From Candidatus Ozemobacteraceae bacterium (lineage in GTDB: Bacteria; Muiribacteriota; Ozemobacteria; Ozemobacterales; Ozemobacteraceae), in NCBI GenBank assembly GCA_965140445.1, contig OZ223236.1:5024001-5088000 (forward strand): a stretch of 64,000 nucleotides of DNA. The letters are read 5' to 3'. Positions within the stretch are counted from its first letter, which is position 1. Each line of letters starts with the position of its first letter. The notes beneath the pieces were generated by a model that worked only from the letters and a program-made list of their open reading frames with translations, made no database searches and was not told the origin of the DNA. Shown here one piece after another: positions 11,101-20,734 of this stretch. Position numbers and translations under genes: made by a program.

Positions 11101-14100
11101 AAAACCAGAACGCAGAAAAAGGTTAGATTTGAACTTTTTCGTTCTTTCTCGCTAGAAAGATTAACCACTTTAAAACTGCCAGTATTAATATTTTCAGATT
11201 GACTAGATTTCTTTTTGAAACCGAAACTAATATTTTCCCAATCTTTTTTTATGGAATCAATTCCAGCGCTGCCTTCAGATAAAGAGAAACCAATTTCCGA
11301 GCCATTCGCAACTTTGAAAAAGTTAAAATCAAGCCAATTTATATCATTTTTTGCAGTTGGCCCCAACACAATAGGCAACAGTGGATTTAACTTGGTCAAC
11401 GCTTCTAAATTTGTCGCAGACTCCATTGGTTTGCCTAGAACAACATAATCCATTCTGGTTTCAAGACTTCCAACTCCTCCTGAAAAAAAGACGCCCTTTT
11501 CAAACCCCATCCCAATTGCATATGGGAATAGCCCACGAGATTCTCTTTCAGAATTAATTTTTCTTAAAACAAAAAACATTTCCACACTTGCCTTAAGCGC
11601 TCTCTCAGAGGCATTTAAGTCATTAAAATCTTCGTCTGGAAAAATAGCTTCAATTGCATCCCCAATAAATTTATAAATTCTTCCCCCGTGACGCATAATT
11701 ACAGATGCCATTTGAGCAAAGTGCTCATTAAGAAGTTCTGTGATTTCTTGTGGGGAATAAGATTCACAAAGAGTTGTAAAATTTCGAATATCAGAGACTA
11801 ATGCAACTCCAGAAAAGCTTTTACCTTCCAACATTGAATTAGAGGAAGTTCCAGCAGTGGCTAAAGCCTCAATAGCCTGATCAGAAAGGAGTGATGCCAG
11901 ACGCCCTCGTTCGCGCATTCCTCCAACCATTCCCGAGAACTCACCACAAACTTCGCCCAGTTCATCCAGCCTTTCTGATTTCACTTCAAATTCAAGATCG
12001 CCACCCGACACTCGATCTAATCCCTTTTTGAGCTCTGTAATTGGAGTTAGAACTAGCTTTGCTGTGAATAATGAGCTTAAATACAAAATTATTAATGACA
12101 GAATCACGATTGAAACTAAAACCAAGTATCGATTTCGGATTTCAACCTGCAAATAGTATTCGGAGATTCCGCCAACCAATATAGTGTCAGAATAATTTCT
12201 GGAAGGCAAAGCAACTATGGTATACCCGTTAATTGTTTTGCTGATAGATCCACCTCTTGCCACTGAAAGTTCTGCAATCTTAGAGGCACTTACAAGAAAC
12301 CTGGAATCATGGTGACGACTGGGAGGAACCAAAGGCTCAAATCCAATTGGAGTATTTCTAAATGCAACAAATGAAAATGTTGGATAGTTTAAACCAAAAT
12401 AATCAATGGAACTTTTTATGGTTCTTGAATCAAGCTTTCTATCATCCCATAATACATATAAAACCGCCGATTCCTTTCCATCAATTTTTAAGAAATTGTG
12501 CATCTGCGTTGCAGTATAAACTCCTAACTTTCTAGCAATAGGTGTTCCACGGCGCTTTTCAATTTCCTCAGACAACTCATAGCTTGCAACAGAGTTATAT
12601 GCTAATGAACCAAATTTTTCCTCTTCTGTTTTTTTAAAATCAGGAATTTTATCATCTGGGAATCTTGCCCTGTAATTGGCTCTTAGTCTTTCTACAATAG
12701 GAGCTCTAAACACTTTAAAAGCAAGATCAAGCTGTTCAGGAAGAGCGTCTTCATAGTAGCAAAGACCCTCGCCCGACAAATCCAAAAGATAAAATCCCAT
12801 CAGGGGCAATGGATTTTTTCTTTCTTTAAAAAACTTAAGAATACGTTTTCGAGCTTCCGGACTATTAACACCGTATTTCTTTACGATTTTTGGCAATACC
12901 GAATCGTTAAAAACTTCAGAAACAGTGGATTTATAATCATCCAGGACCTGAGTTTTTCTTGCATCAAACTGTCTTAAACACCCCATAAGCCTTGATGAAG
13001 TTTGATTCATCCTGGAAAATGAAAACTCATTCAGGTAACCTAATGCAGAAATAGCGAGCAAACTGAGTGGCATAGTCGCGACGAGCAAATAGATAACTAA
13101 AAATCTTGTTTTTAGTTTAAATTCAATCCAGATATTAAATAAGAGCCCTCTAACAGCTAATAGAAGTAGAGTCGGAATAGAAAAAAGGTTAAAAAACCAT
13201 ATCCAGATTGGAAGATTTTCTTTCTTTTCCTTTGGCAGCAGAAAAACAGTTAAATGACTTTGGTTTTTCCCAAGATGACTAAAAACATTATAAACTCCAA
13301 GCTCCTTTACAGGAGGCACACCCTCGTCCTGCCATTTTTCCAGCCCCTTTCCTAAAGACGGAACACTCGCTCTCAGCCATTTTTTAAACAGTCTTGAATG
13401 AGACAATTCCGGAAATAAAACATTGCCTTCAAAACCTGGAACAAGTGGTACAAATCCAGCAATTCCTGCTTTCCGCTTTTTTATACTTTTAAGGGCAATT
13501 AGCTTGGCAGCAATACGATTTTCTGGAGCCATTTTTGTAACAATAAAATAGCCCCAAACCCCCTTTTCAGGAATCTCCTTGTAGTCCCAAATCAACCAAT
13601 GGGGGCGCCGATTGTAAATAACATTGGTAGATTTTGCTCTCTGACTAAAGGCCAGAATATCCGGCTTTGAGTTCGGGCCAAAAAGTCTGCTGATAATTCG
13701 ATTTGATTGTCTTTGCTCAATTGCAGAAGATTCTCTTTTCTTACTGAGGCTGACGAGATAATCAAAAGCTTTTGAGAAAGCTCGCTTTCCCACTATCTGC
13801 CGGGAATGGCAAAGAAACATTTCAGACCTCTTACCAGATAAAGACGGTCTAAATGCGAATAGTTCATATTCGGGAAAAGGTTTTTTAAAAATATTTTTTA
13901 ATCTGCCACCCAGAAAACCGGTCAGAGCTTTAGGGTTAATATCCGCTTGTGCAGAAGACTCAAGGAGTTCTGAGAACTGTCCAGCATGCCTGGAAAGTTG
14001 ATACGAGAACTCAGCTCCTGAGGACAGAGATTCCAACTCCTGCCTGGCTATTTCCTGCTGCTCCTGCTCCCGCCAGCGCAAATCAATTTGTGCGAGAAAG

Positions 14101-14222
14101 TCAAAACCCAGGTTTATAGCTATTACGGGAATTAAGCACAGCAAAATTGGCAGTAGCTTTAAACCATAATCAACCGATTTTTTGTCCTTCTTCAACCCTG
14201 TAAACGCCCAATCAAACACCAA
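8190..14222 (-). CDS. Giant membrane adenylate cyclase, tandem HAMP-class III cyclase, paralog 2
   Basis: Same architecture. C1 SDIRNFT/YKFIGDA; C2 DKIMGDK/RDFTVIGDAVNVSAR. Start codon uncertain (TTG 14222 or 14195). Confidence 0.9.
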   Translation of the reverse strand: MVFDWAFTGLKKDKKSVDYGLKLLPILLCLIPVIAINLGFDFLAQIDLRWREQEQQEIARQELESLSSGAEFSYQLSRHAGQFSELLESSAQADINPKALTGFLGGRLKNIFKKPFPEYELFAFRPSLSGKRSEMFLCHSRQIVGKRAFSKAFDYLVSLSKKRESSAIEQRQSNRIISRLFGPNSKPDILAFSQRAKSTNVIYNRRPHWLIWDYKEIPEKGVWGYFIVTKMAPENRIAAKLIALKSIKKRKAGIAGFVPLVPGFEGNVLFPELSHSRLFKKWLRASVPSLGKGLEKWQDEGVPPVKELGVYNVFSHLGKNQSHLTVFLLPKEKKENLPIWIWFFNLFSIPTLLLLAVRGLLFNIWIEFKLKTRFLVIYLLVATMPLSLLAISALGYLNEFSFSRMNQTSSRLMGCLRQFDARKTQVLDDYKSTVSEVFNDSVLPKIVKKYGVNSPEARKRILKFFKERKNPLPLMGFYLLDLSGEGLCYYEDALPEQLDLAFKVFRAPIVERLRANYRARFPDDKIPDFKKTEEEKFGSLAYNSVASYELSEEIEKRRGTPIARKLGVYTATQMHNFLKIDGKESAVLYVLWDDRKLDSRTIKSSIDYFGLNYPTFSFVAFRNTPIGFEPLVPPSRHHDSRFLVSASKIAELSVARGGSISKTINGYTIVALPSRNYSDTILVGGISEYYLQVEIRNRYLVLVSIVILSLIILYLSSLFTAKLVLTPITELKKGLDRVSGGDLEFEVKSERLDELGEVCGEFSGMVGGMRERGRLASLLSDQAIEALATAGTSSNSMLEGKSFSGVALVSDIRNFTTLCESYSPQEITELLNEHFAQMASVIMRHGGRIYKFIGDAIEAIFPDEDFNDLNASERALKASVEMFFVLRKINSERESRGLFPYAIGMGFEKGVFFSGGVGSLETRMDYVVLGKPMESATNLEALTKLNPLLPIVLGPTAKNDINWLDFNFFKVANGSEIGFSLSEGSAGIDSIKKDWENISFGFKKKSSQSENINTGSFKVVNLSSEKERKSSNLTFFCVLVFLFLLGFGIFNGFKERSELVNDFNKVVGVQKNFRLIEQLKSEDSAKVAFELGISRFINRINSKLIWNENDKNAQTIKSYAALEARRLELSGIKLPRLLVFTYNYDQIKTGNIELAANTVHTHGVSEESKLILKALSVYQFCKFMGYPSREYKLIFANKLSQVFGRDISVGILSTETFGAALQVLNNDVPEYFFWDYIKLFDPKLEKISFANGANKLSGCPTGKYHIAGMVMASVNVKNIKNSPDFIVWGYGEEEVDFAIIAQNGKVSNTHGFPVEKFEKLTYSSPLARDNNYLFNEDVLILGGEKYRLIVAYQLPNSLGMNLRSLGVIVTSLLIILSLYCYFSFYGNTFFSRSLSAKLWISILLVSLIPVVTVCFVLDLFISEQGRTLVFQEKLELRSFLDAFELRQFYFQPIARNLLKKWSTDKLLLEIAESGEKNFGSPKFSENKEQFKKYFLDKYRNGVKAFRWRTNFFPREAVLVSKTGWSFSCNGNNPKKESEFGILLAQVAKRLYSIIEKDSGKKTFSASDVKSEMIMDMGFETVRSSFGEDEYIRLANSIGEVVELEVTTGAAGVYIQPIPSIDNPKFMIIWMNIFESGGHLSKLARSSKGKYAVFSIESHRYGRLAEPDVARGELGLEKTASWIAASNLPVSLERNYGDEKILIEGRPGIAQFTSLLIGMAAQAPILQNIRELTNKFQRILILTLFLLFLVGHKAVSDILNPIKSLIQGMQQISRQNFHYRINTDRKDELGDLCRAFDNMARGLEEKELMGKMVSQTARNSSGEDKFCGSEQSQLKKELGFIFIGIPGFSSWLTMGDPADLFNDLAIQTSVLCKIILDAGGDVDKIMGDKLLGVFEPGKSLNESMLSMIKIVEMILKAEESGNLPFPVAIGVNYGEVISGYLGVGEKRDFTVIGDAVNVSARIEKEAEKFRFQRCLFSENVVSNLEDRTRFRLHGEVILKGKSSGLKLFHKI

Positions 14223-14297
14223 ATATACAAAAAAGTGATGTTTAAATTACTCTCTATTCTAGAATAAGATAAAAAGCTGAACTTTAAAACAATATTT

Positions 14298-17200
14298 TTA
14301 TGAATGTTGGTACAATTTGATTGTTTTTGATTTGCCCTTAAGATCAACCTCAGAGAAAAATCTGTGTCTTTCTGGGGCTGAAAAAATCTCAAGCGCGGCT
14401 TCAGAGATAAGACAGCGATTAAATCTCAACTTTTCCGCCTCAGCTTCGATCCTGGCTGCAACATTTACCGCATCGCCGATTACAGTAAAATCCCTTTTCT
14501 CACCAACACCCAGAAAGCCAGAAATGACCAAACCAGCATTCGCTCCAATTGCAACAGGGAACGGTAAAAGTCCCTTCACTTCAGCCTTCAAAATGTCTTC
14601 AATTGCGTTTTCAAACGACCCCACTGAATTGGAGTCATCTTCGTCCTGACTAAAAACAACTAAAAGTTTGTCGCCAATAATCTTATCGATGTCGCCACCA
14701 TTTTGGAGAATAATTTTCCCAAGCTCAGCAATTTGAATTCTCAAATCTGAAAACAGCTCTTGAACGCTTGTTGCACTTAACCAGGAAGTAAAACCAGGAA
14801 TTCCTATCATCAAAATCGCAAATCTTTTTAAGGCCCCCTCACGAAGAGAATCATCATTTTTATCCACCGTTGCGATTTTCATGGCAGACTTTGAAACCAT
14901 TTTTCCCATCAGCTCTTTTTCCGCCAGCGCATTTGTCATGTAATCAAAAGAGTTACAAAGATCGCCTAGTTCATCAGTTCTAGATTCGCTTATTCTGTAC
15001 AAATAATTCTGCTTACCAATCTCTTCCATTCCAATTCCAATTTTTTTTATCGGGCTCAAAACATCGGAAACAATTTTCTTCGCAATATAAAAAATAACAA
15101 AAAAGCCTAAAACAATGATTAATAGGAAAATCCACTTTAATCTTAAAAGTTCCTTCCTGATTGGTTCAGCCGAAGCCACTCCAATTAGCATCGATGTTAA
15201 TTGAGCAATTCCTGGCCTGGCTTCTATTAACAATTCTGAATCCCCAAAATCCTGACTTGCAGACACCGGAAAATTGGTACTCTCAATCCAGTCTACTATT
15301 CTATTAAATCCAAGAAAGTCATAAGCTATAGTTGGACTGTTAATCATTCCAGAACGATGATAAGAAATTGAAAAAACAGCATATTCACTTTGCTGCCTAT
15401 TTGCGACTTTTTCTAAGTAGGAACTATACTCGAAAACAATCATCCAGAATAAAATTCTTTTAAAGTTTTTTACTGAAGGTAGTGCTTGAATAAGTATGCC
15501 GGCAGCCCCTGTAACAACTTCTAATTCTACAGGCATCCCAATGCCATTCACAAGGCTCAGGTGCTTATCTTCACCAAAACTAGCTCTGATTGATGCCAGT
15601 CCATCATCAAAAATCATTTCAGACTTAACATTTTCAATATCGAGCCTGGCAGGACCCTTTTCAGTGTTGAACTGCTTCAGAACACTTCGCCCAACGTGTG
15701 TCAGAAAAATTTCAAACTCAGTTTTTACACCGGGCGAGTTAACTGAATAAGAAAAGTCTTTTCCAACGCTTGAGACTAAGACAGAGTTCCTGGGTGACAA
15801 ATTCCACAAAACGTCTGCAGAATCTGCTTCTTTGTATTTTTCATCGAAAAATGATTGCAATGAATCCGAGCTTTTTCCATTCTCCTGGGATTCGAATTCC
15901 TTAATTGCTTTTGCCAATTCAGGAGAATTTGAAAACTCCTTCAGTTTACTCCACACCAGATGATTGGAATAATATTGTCGGATTTCAAATCCATCGAGAA
16001 ATCTTTGCAATTCAATCCTTTTTTGTAACTCCATAGACCTTCCATGCTCAGTAAAAAAGAGAAAGAAAACAAAGCTTAATGAAACGACTGGAATCAATGT
16101 CGAAAAAAGAAATGAAAACCATAGTTTCAATGGTAACGATCTGGCAAGAACCGTTTCATCTTTCAAAATCCTTAACCATAAATGCGCAGCAAAAATACTT
16201 AATAGAACAAGTAAAATTCCCATAAATGAAAATGGAGAAACAGAAAAGCTCTCTGGAATTTTGAAAGCCACGGTAACTTTTCTTTCTCTATTTCCTTGGC
16301 CAAAACTGCCGTGATCAATCCTAAATCTACCAGATTTAGACACTCCTGATGGCTCTTCTCGTAAATCAACAGGAAAGCCTTTGCTAACAATGCAGCCCTT
16401 TAAATTATCCTCAATTGCAAAGAATTGATTTTTTACCTTTAAGCCTTCCACAAGCAAAGGCAAATTGTCTTCGACATCTTCTACTGGGACCATCCAGAAA
16501 AGCATTCCAAAAACATCGCTAGCCTCACTTGCAACGCGGCTGATATAAATAGCCGAGGTGGCAATTGAAACCTTTCTCACCACTGGTTTGTATTTACGCA
16601 AAAAATTCCAGTAGCAGTAGTAACTACGATTTTGAAAATCCATTTGAGAAACTTTGCCATACCACTCACTAAAGAAGCTGGAAATTGATAGCTTTTTGCC
16701 TGTAAAATCAATCATGTCACCAGCCAATAATTCAGTCGGAACGCCAGAGGCCAAACCCATATGTTTTGCATATGCATAGCTGGAAATCTTTTTGAAGAAA
16801 AATTGTTGTTCGGAACAAACATTACTGGAAAAAACATCACCTGCACGCACTTTTAGGCTACCGGATGCATTTTGGGAAGAGCTTAAAGAGATTACTGAAA
16901 GCGTACTACTTCCCAGGCCAATACGAGCCAGATGCTCCATATTTTCTTCCAAAATTGGAACCAATTCGCGCCCGTAGGTTTTAACTCCATTTTCCTTTGC
17001 TAATTGAATTTTTTGCACTAATTCGTTTGCAAAGCCGCTCATGGCTACTTTTCCATTCTTTTCACACTTTATTTGATCTAATAAACGAATATTTTTCTGC
17101 ATTCCCTGGATGCTGTAATATTCACGACTTAAATCACTATTTAAGCGAAAAGCGCCAAACAGTCCTATAAGTAATATAAAGATAAAAATTAAACCGCCAA

Positions 17201-20200
17201 ATTGAGCTAAACGTAGATTTCTATTGGCCATTGAGTTCTGTTTTACAGGAAAATCATCTCTTATATTTTGGTTAATATCTGAATCAGTTTTATCAGAGAA
17301 AACGACTTCAACATTGTTTTCAGCTTCTTTTATCTCAGGTTCATGAACAAAAACAGCTGAGTGTGAAACTTCTTTCTTTGAAAAGAAACAGTCGCTGAAT
17401 TCTGAAAGAAGCTCCGAGACCTTCTTGTCTAATACCAGAGGAAACTCTGGAAAATTTCGAGACAAAGACTCCAGTTCAGCAGCTTTTTTCAACGCCTCAC
17501 TTAGAATTGAAAAATCTAAACGAGTTTGTAAGCTACCAACTGTTCCAGAAAAGAATTTCCCATAGGCTAATCCAATACCGATTTTGTATGAGAACTTATT
17601 TTCTAGCTTTCTTTCCTCGTTGACACTTCTCATCTTTTTTAAAATTTCACAAGAAGCCTTAAATGCATTGCTTGCCGCATGACCTTCTTCGTCCGGGAAA
17701 ATAGCCTCAACCGCATCACCTATAAACTTGTAAATTCTTCCACCATGTTCGGAAATAATTATGGAGATAGCGGCAAAGTGCTGATTCAAAAGGGCAGTAA
17801 TCTTTTCTGGGGGCTCACTCTCACAAAGGCTGGTAAAGTTTCTAATATCAGAAACAAATGCCACTCCATCGAACGAGCTGCCTTCCAGAATCCCATCTTT
17901 GTTGCCAGAGTTTTTTGCCAATGCTTCCAATGCCTGGTCTGAAATCAGGGTAGCAAGTTTTTTTCTCTCTTCAACCCCGGTAACCATCTTAGAAAAATCA
18001 CTGTACAAATCTCCAAGTTGATCTGTTCTATTTGAAGAAAGCTTAACTGAAAGATCTCCCTCGGCAACTCTTTCAAGGGCATTTTTTAGAATAGTTATTG
18101 GAGACAACAGGAAACTTGATGATAAATAAGCACTTAACGGCACTATGAGCACAGAAATAAATATGATTAAAAGAACAATCCACCATCGCCACTGTATTGT
18201 CCTATGAAGGCTTAAAAGCTCAACACCTCCAACAATTATAGTATCCGAATACTTTTTGGCTGGCATAGCAACCATTGCATAGTTCTTAAACCTTTTGGCA
18301 ACAAAGCTTCCTCTGATTGCAGAAAGTTTTGCCAGCTCATGAGCAAAAGATTTAAATTGCCCGTCAATATGTCTCCCTGGTTCTATTAAATACGAGAGAC
18401 CCTGGGGTTTTGAGTTAAACAAAACAAATCTGTATTCAGGGGAACTAACTCCAAAGTGATCAATAGTCTCCTTTGCAGTGTATTTATCAAGCGCTTTATC
18501 ATCCCATAAAACAAAGATAGCAGCCTGCTCCACTCCGTCAATAATCAGAAAGTCGTGAACCTGTGTTGTTGTAAGCTCTCCAATTTTGCGATAAAGGGGA
18601 AAAGATCGTCTTTTTTCAATTTCCTCTGCCATATTGTATGGCGAGATAGAGTTATAAGCAGCTTCTCCAAAGGCTTCAGAAGCCTTGGCTTTATATTCAG
18701 GTAAAACCTCGTCTGGTCTTTTTCTGTGATAAGAATTCCTTAAACCTTTTAAAATTGGAAGTCTAAAAACATTAAAAGCCGGGTCCATTACCTCAGGGGG
18801 GGAATTTTCATAATACCTCTGTTCTTTACCTGCTATATCAGTCAAAAGGAATCCCAAAACCGGAAGAGGTTGCTTCCTGTCTTTGAAAAAATGAAGAAGT
18901 CTTTTTAAAACATTTTTTCCATCAGTTCCTTCTTTTTTAATAAGTTCTTTTAATTCATTGTCAGCCAGGATACTGTTTATCGCCAAAAGGTATTCATCCA
19001 GAACCTGAGATTTTCTGGCATCAAATTGTTTGATACTAGATAAAACCTCTACTGAAATCTGACTTTCTCGTGAAAAACGAAACTCGTTTAAATATCCAAG
19101 AGTAAGAATTACAAGCAAGCTTATAGGGATAGTGGATCCAAGTAGATATACTTTAATGAATCTAAATTTCAAATCCATCTGTGGCCAGAGACCAAAGAAA
19201 AATCCTCGCCATAAAAAGAATAACCAAACCAAAATGAAAATAAAATTCATAACCTTTATAGAAAGAGGCCATGAAGCAAGTTCCAAAAATGGCATTACAA
19301 AAACGGTCAAATGGCTTTTTCTCTTACCCAGATAGGAAAAGATCTTAAAGTTACCTAATTTCTCAGGTTTTGGGGAACCAAATTTAATCCATTTAAGAAT
19401 ATCGTCTTCCATCATCTTAACGTTTTTTATGCGCCATTGTTTAAAAAGTCTGGACCTTCCTAGCGCTTCAGTTAAGATACAACCGCTTTGCCCCCTTCCA
19501 ATTGGTACAAAACCAGCCAAGCCGTTTCCTCGAGATCTTGACTCACTTATTGCAAGTAGCTTTGAAGCAATATCACATTCCTGAGTATTCTCAACCAAAA
19601 TGAAAGTTCCAAAAACCCCCTTGCCCTCAACTTTTCTAAAATCCCAAAAAAAGTAGTGGGGAACTTTCTCATTAACAACAAAAGTAGTTCGACCTCTTTG
19701 GCTCATTGCAAGGATTAGTCCGGTTGTACCTCTTCCTAATATATTTGAAAGCAACTTTTCGTTTTGCTTCTTGCCAGATTGCGCATCAGGATTATCTAGA
19801 TTCAAATCAACCAGATATTTGAAAATCCTTCCAAGGGTTCTTCTTCCGTATTTTTTTGGAGAATCCTCTATTAGTAAACTTGTTTTCTTGCTTTGCTCAT
19901 CTATTTTGAACACAAAAAACTTGCTCTTCGGAAACGGAGCTCTAAAAATAGCTCTTCGCCTCGATTCAAGTCTATTCAGCAGATGCTTTGGCTCAAGAGA
20001 TTCAGATGATTTTGCCAGCTCATTCATAAATTTGCCGGCTCTATTTGCTAACTGATAGGAAAATTCTCCACCTGCGGTTAAGGCCTCTAATTCCTGCTGA
20101 GCAGTCTCTTCTTGACGCACTGTTTTCCAATGTAAATCAATTTTTGACAGAAAAAAGAATCCAAGATTTATAGCTAAAACAGGAAGAACCCACAAAATAA

Positions 20201-20255
20201 CAGGTAAGATTTTAAGCTGTGTTGAAGCGGATTCACTATTGGAGATACTCTTCAT
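14298..20255 (-). CDS. Giant membrane adenylate cyclase, tandem HAMP-class III cyclase, paralog 3
   Basis: Same architecture. C1 SDIRNFT/YKFIGDA; C2 DKIIGDK/RDFTVIGDAVNVAAR. Confidence 0.9.
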   Translation of the reverse strand: MKSISNSESASTQLKILPVILWVLPVLAINLGFFFLSKIDLHWKTVRQEETAQQELEALTAGGEFSYQLANRAGKFMNELAKSSESLEPKHLLNRLESRRRAIFRAPFPKSKFFVFKIDEQSKKTSLLIEDSPKKYGRRTLGRIFKYLVDLNLDNPDAQSGKKQNEKLLSNILGRGTTGLILAMSQRGRTTFVVNEKVPHYFFWDFRKVEGKGVFGTFILVENTQECDIASKLLAISESRSRGNGLAGFVPIGRGQSGCILTEALGRSRLFKQWRIKNVKMMEDDILKWIKFGSPKPEKLGNFKIFSYLGKRKSHLTVFVMPFLELASWPLSIKVMNFIFILVWLFFLWRGFFFGLWPQMDLKFRFIKVYLLGSTIPISLLVILTLGYLNEFRFSRESQISVEVLSSIKQFDARKSQVLDEYLLAINSILADNELKELIKKEGTDGKNVLKRLLHFFKDRKQPLPVLGFLLTDIAGKEQRYYENSPPEVMDPAFNVFRLPILKGLRNSYHRKRPDEVLPEYKAKASEAFGEAAYNSISPYNMAEEIEKRRSFPLYRKIGELTTTQVHDFLIIDGVEQAAIFVLWDDKALDKYTAKETIDHFGVSSPEYRFVLFNSKPQGLSYLIEPGRHIDGQFKSFAHELAKLSAIRGSFVAKRFKNYAMVAMPAKKYSDTIIVGGVELLSLHRTIQWRWWIVLLIIFISVLIVPLSAYLSSSFLLSPITILKNALERVAEGDLSVKLSSNRTDQLGDLYSDFSKMVTGVEERKKLATLISDQALEALAKNSGNKDGILEGSSFDGVAFVSDIRNFTSLCESEPPEKITALLNQHFAAISIIISEHGGRIYKFIGDAVEAIFPDEEGHAASNAFKASCEILKKMRSVNEERKLENKFSYKIGIGLAYGKFFSGTVGSLQTRLDFSILSEALKKAAELESLSRNFPEFPLVLDKKVSELLSEFSDCFFSKKEVSHSAVFVHEPEIKEAENNVEVVFSDKTDSDINQNIRDDFPVKQNSMANRNLRLAQFGGLIFIFILLIGLFGAFRLNSDLSREYYSIQGMQKNIRLLDQIKCEKNGKVAMSGFANELVQKIQLAKENGVKTYGRELVPILEENMEHLARIGLGSSTLSVISLSSSQNASGSLKVRAGDVFSSNVCSEQQFFFKKISSYAYAKHMGLASGVPTELLAGDMIDFTGKKLSISSFFSEWYGKVSQMDFQNRSYYCYWNFLRKYKPVVRKVSIATSAIYISRVASEASDVFGMLFWMVPVEDVEDNLPLLVEGLKVKNQFFAIEDNLKGCIVSKGFPVDLREEPSGVSKSGRFRIDHGSFGQGNRERKVTVAFKIPESFSVSPFSFMGILLVLLSIFAAHLWLRILKDETVLARSLPLKLWFSFLFSTLIPVVSLSFVFFLFFTEHGRSMELQKRIELQRFLDGFEIRQYYSNHLVWSKLKEFSNSPELAKAIKEFESQENGKSSDSLQSFFDEKYKEADSADVLWNLSPRNSVLVSSVGKDFSYSVNSPGVKTEFEIFLTHVGRSVLKQFNTEKGPARLDIENVKSEMIFDDGLASIRASFGEDKHLSLVNGIGMPVELEVVTGAAGILIQALPSVKNFKRILFWMIVFEYSSYLEKVANRQQSEYAVFSISYHRSGMINSPTIAYDFLGFNRIVDWIESTNFPVSASQDFGDSELLIEARPGIAQLTSMLIGVASAEPIRKELLRLKWIFLLIIVLGFFVIFYIAKKIVSDVLSPIKKIGIGMEEIGKQNYLYRISESRTDELGDLCNSFDYMTNALAEKELMGKMVSKSAMKIATVDKNDDSLREGALKRFAILMIGIPGFTSWLSATSVQELFSDLRIQIAELGKIILQNGGDIDKIIGDKLLVVFSQDEDDSNSVGSFENAIEDILKAEVKGLLPFPVAIGANAGLVISGFLGVGEKRDFTVIGDAVNVAARIEAEAEKLRFNRCLISEAALEIFSAPERHRFFSEVDLKGKSKTIKLYQHS

Positions 20256-20734
20256 TATCTTTTAAGATTTTGCTTTTCGTGATTATCAAACTTGCTCTTT
20301 TTGTTCTTTTCCATTACCAGGTAAATATCAAAAAAAGAATAAACATATAACCAGAAAGCGACATCCTTCCAAATATTATCAGAAAGAGCAGATTCTAGTT
20401 TCCCCTCTAAGCCTCGAGTTTTGCCTGTTCTTACAACCTTATTCACTTCCAGATTAATTTTAGGAAGCACCTCACCAACGTATAAAAGACAGCTAAACGT
20501 AATTGCAAAAAATAAAAATGCACCTCTGGCTTTTTCACCAAGTTTCCAGGTAGCTAAACCAGGGCAACAAAGGTTTAAGAAAACTGCCTTTCCATACCCC
20601 ATTGGCTTTTCTGTATCTTTTGGGACAGCTGGCTGGGCATTCAAGTCCGAAAAACAAAATCTACACTTTATAGCTTCTCGCTGAATCAACTCAGCGCAAA
20701 ATGGGCATTTTTTCTGGTCAAGTTTCTCTGTCAT
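20255..20734 (-). CDS. Zinc-ribbon membrane protein
   Basis: CPFCAELIQREAIKCRFC zinc ribbon then 2-3 hydrophobic segments; stop overlaps the cyclase start (TAATG). ATG 20734 preferred over GTG 20746. Confidence 0.8.
   Translation of the reverse strand: MTEKLDQKKCPFCAELIQREAIKCRFCFSDLNAQPAVPKDTEKPMGYGKAVFLNLCCPGLATWKLGEKARGAFLFFAITFSCLLYVGEVLPKINLEVNKVVRTGKTRGLEGKLESALSDNIWKDVAFWLYVYSFFDIYLVMEKNKKSKFDNHEKQNLKR

Noticed and set aside
2646..20055. Many 60-110 aa plus-strand ORFs opposite the cyclase genes, some resembling each other
   Set aside because: Antisense shadows; their similarity simply mirrors the paralogous minus-strand genes. The same applies to short antisense or nested ORFs elsewhere in the track.
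2165..20255. Cyclases as pseudogenes or guanylate cyclases
   Set aside because: Frames are intact and residue losses are complementary between C1 and C2; Lys/Thr rather than Glu/Cys indicates ATP preference
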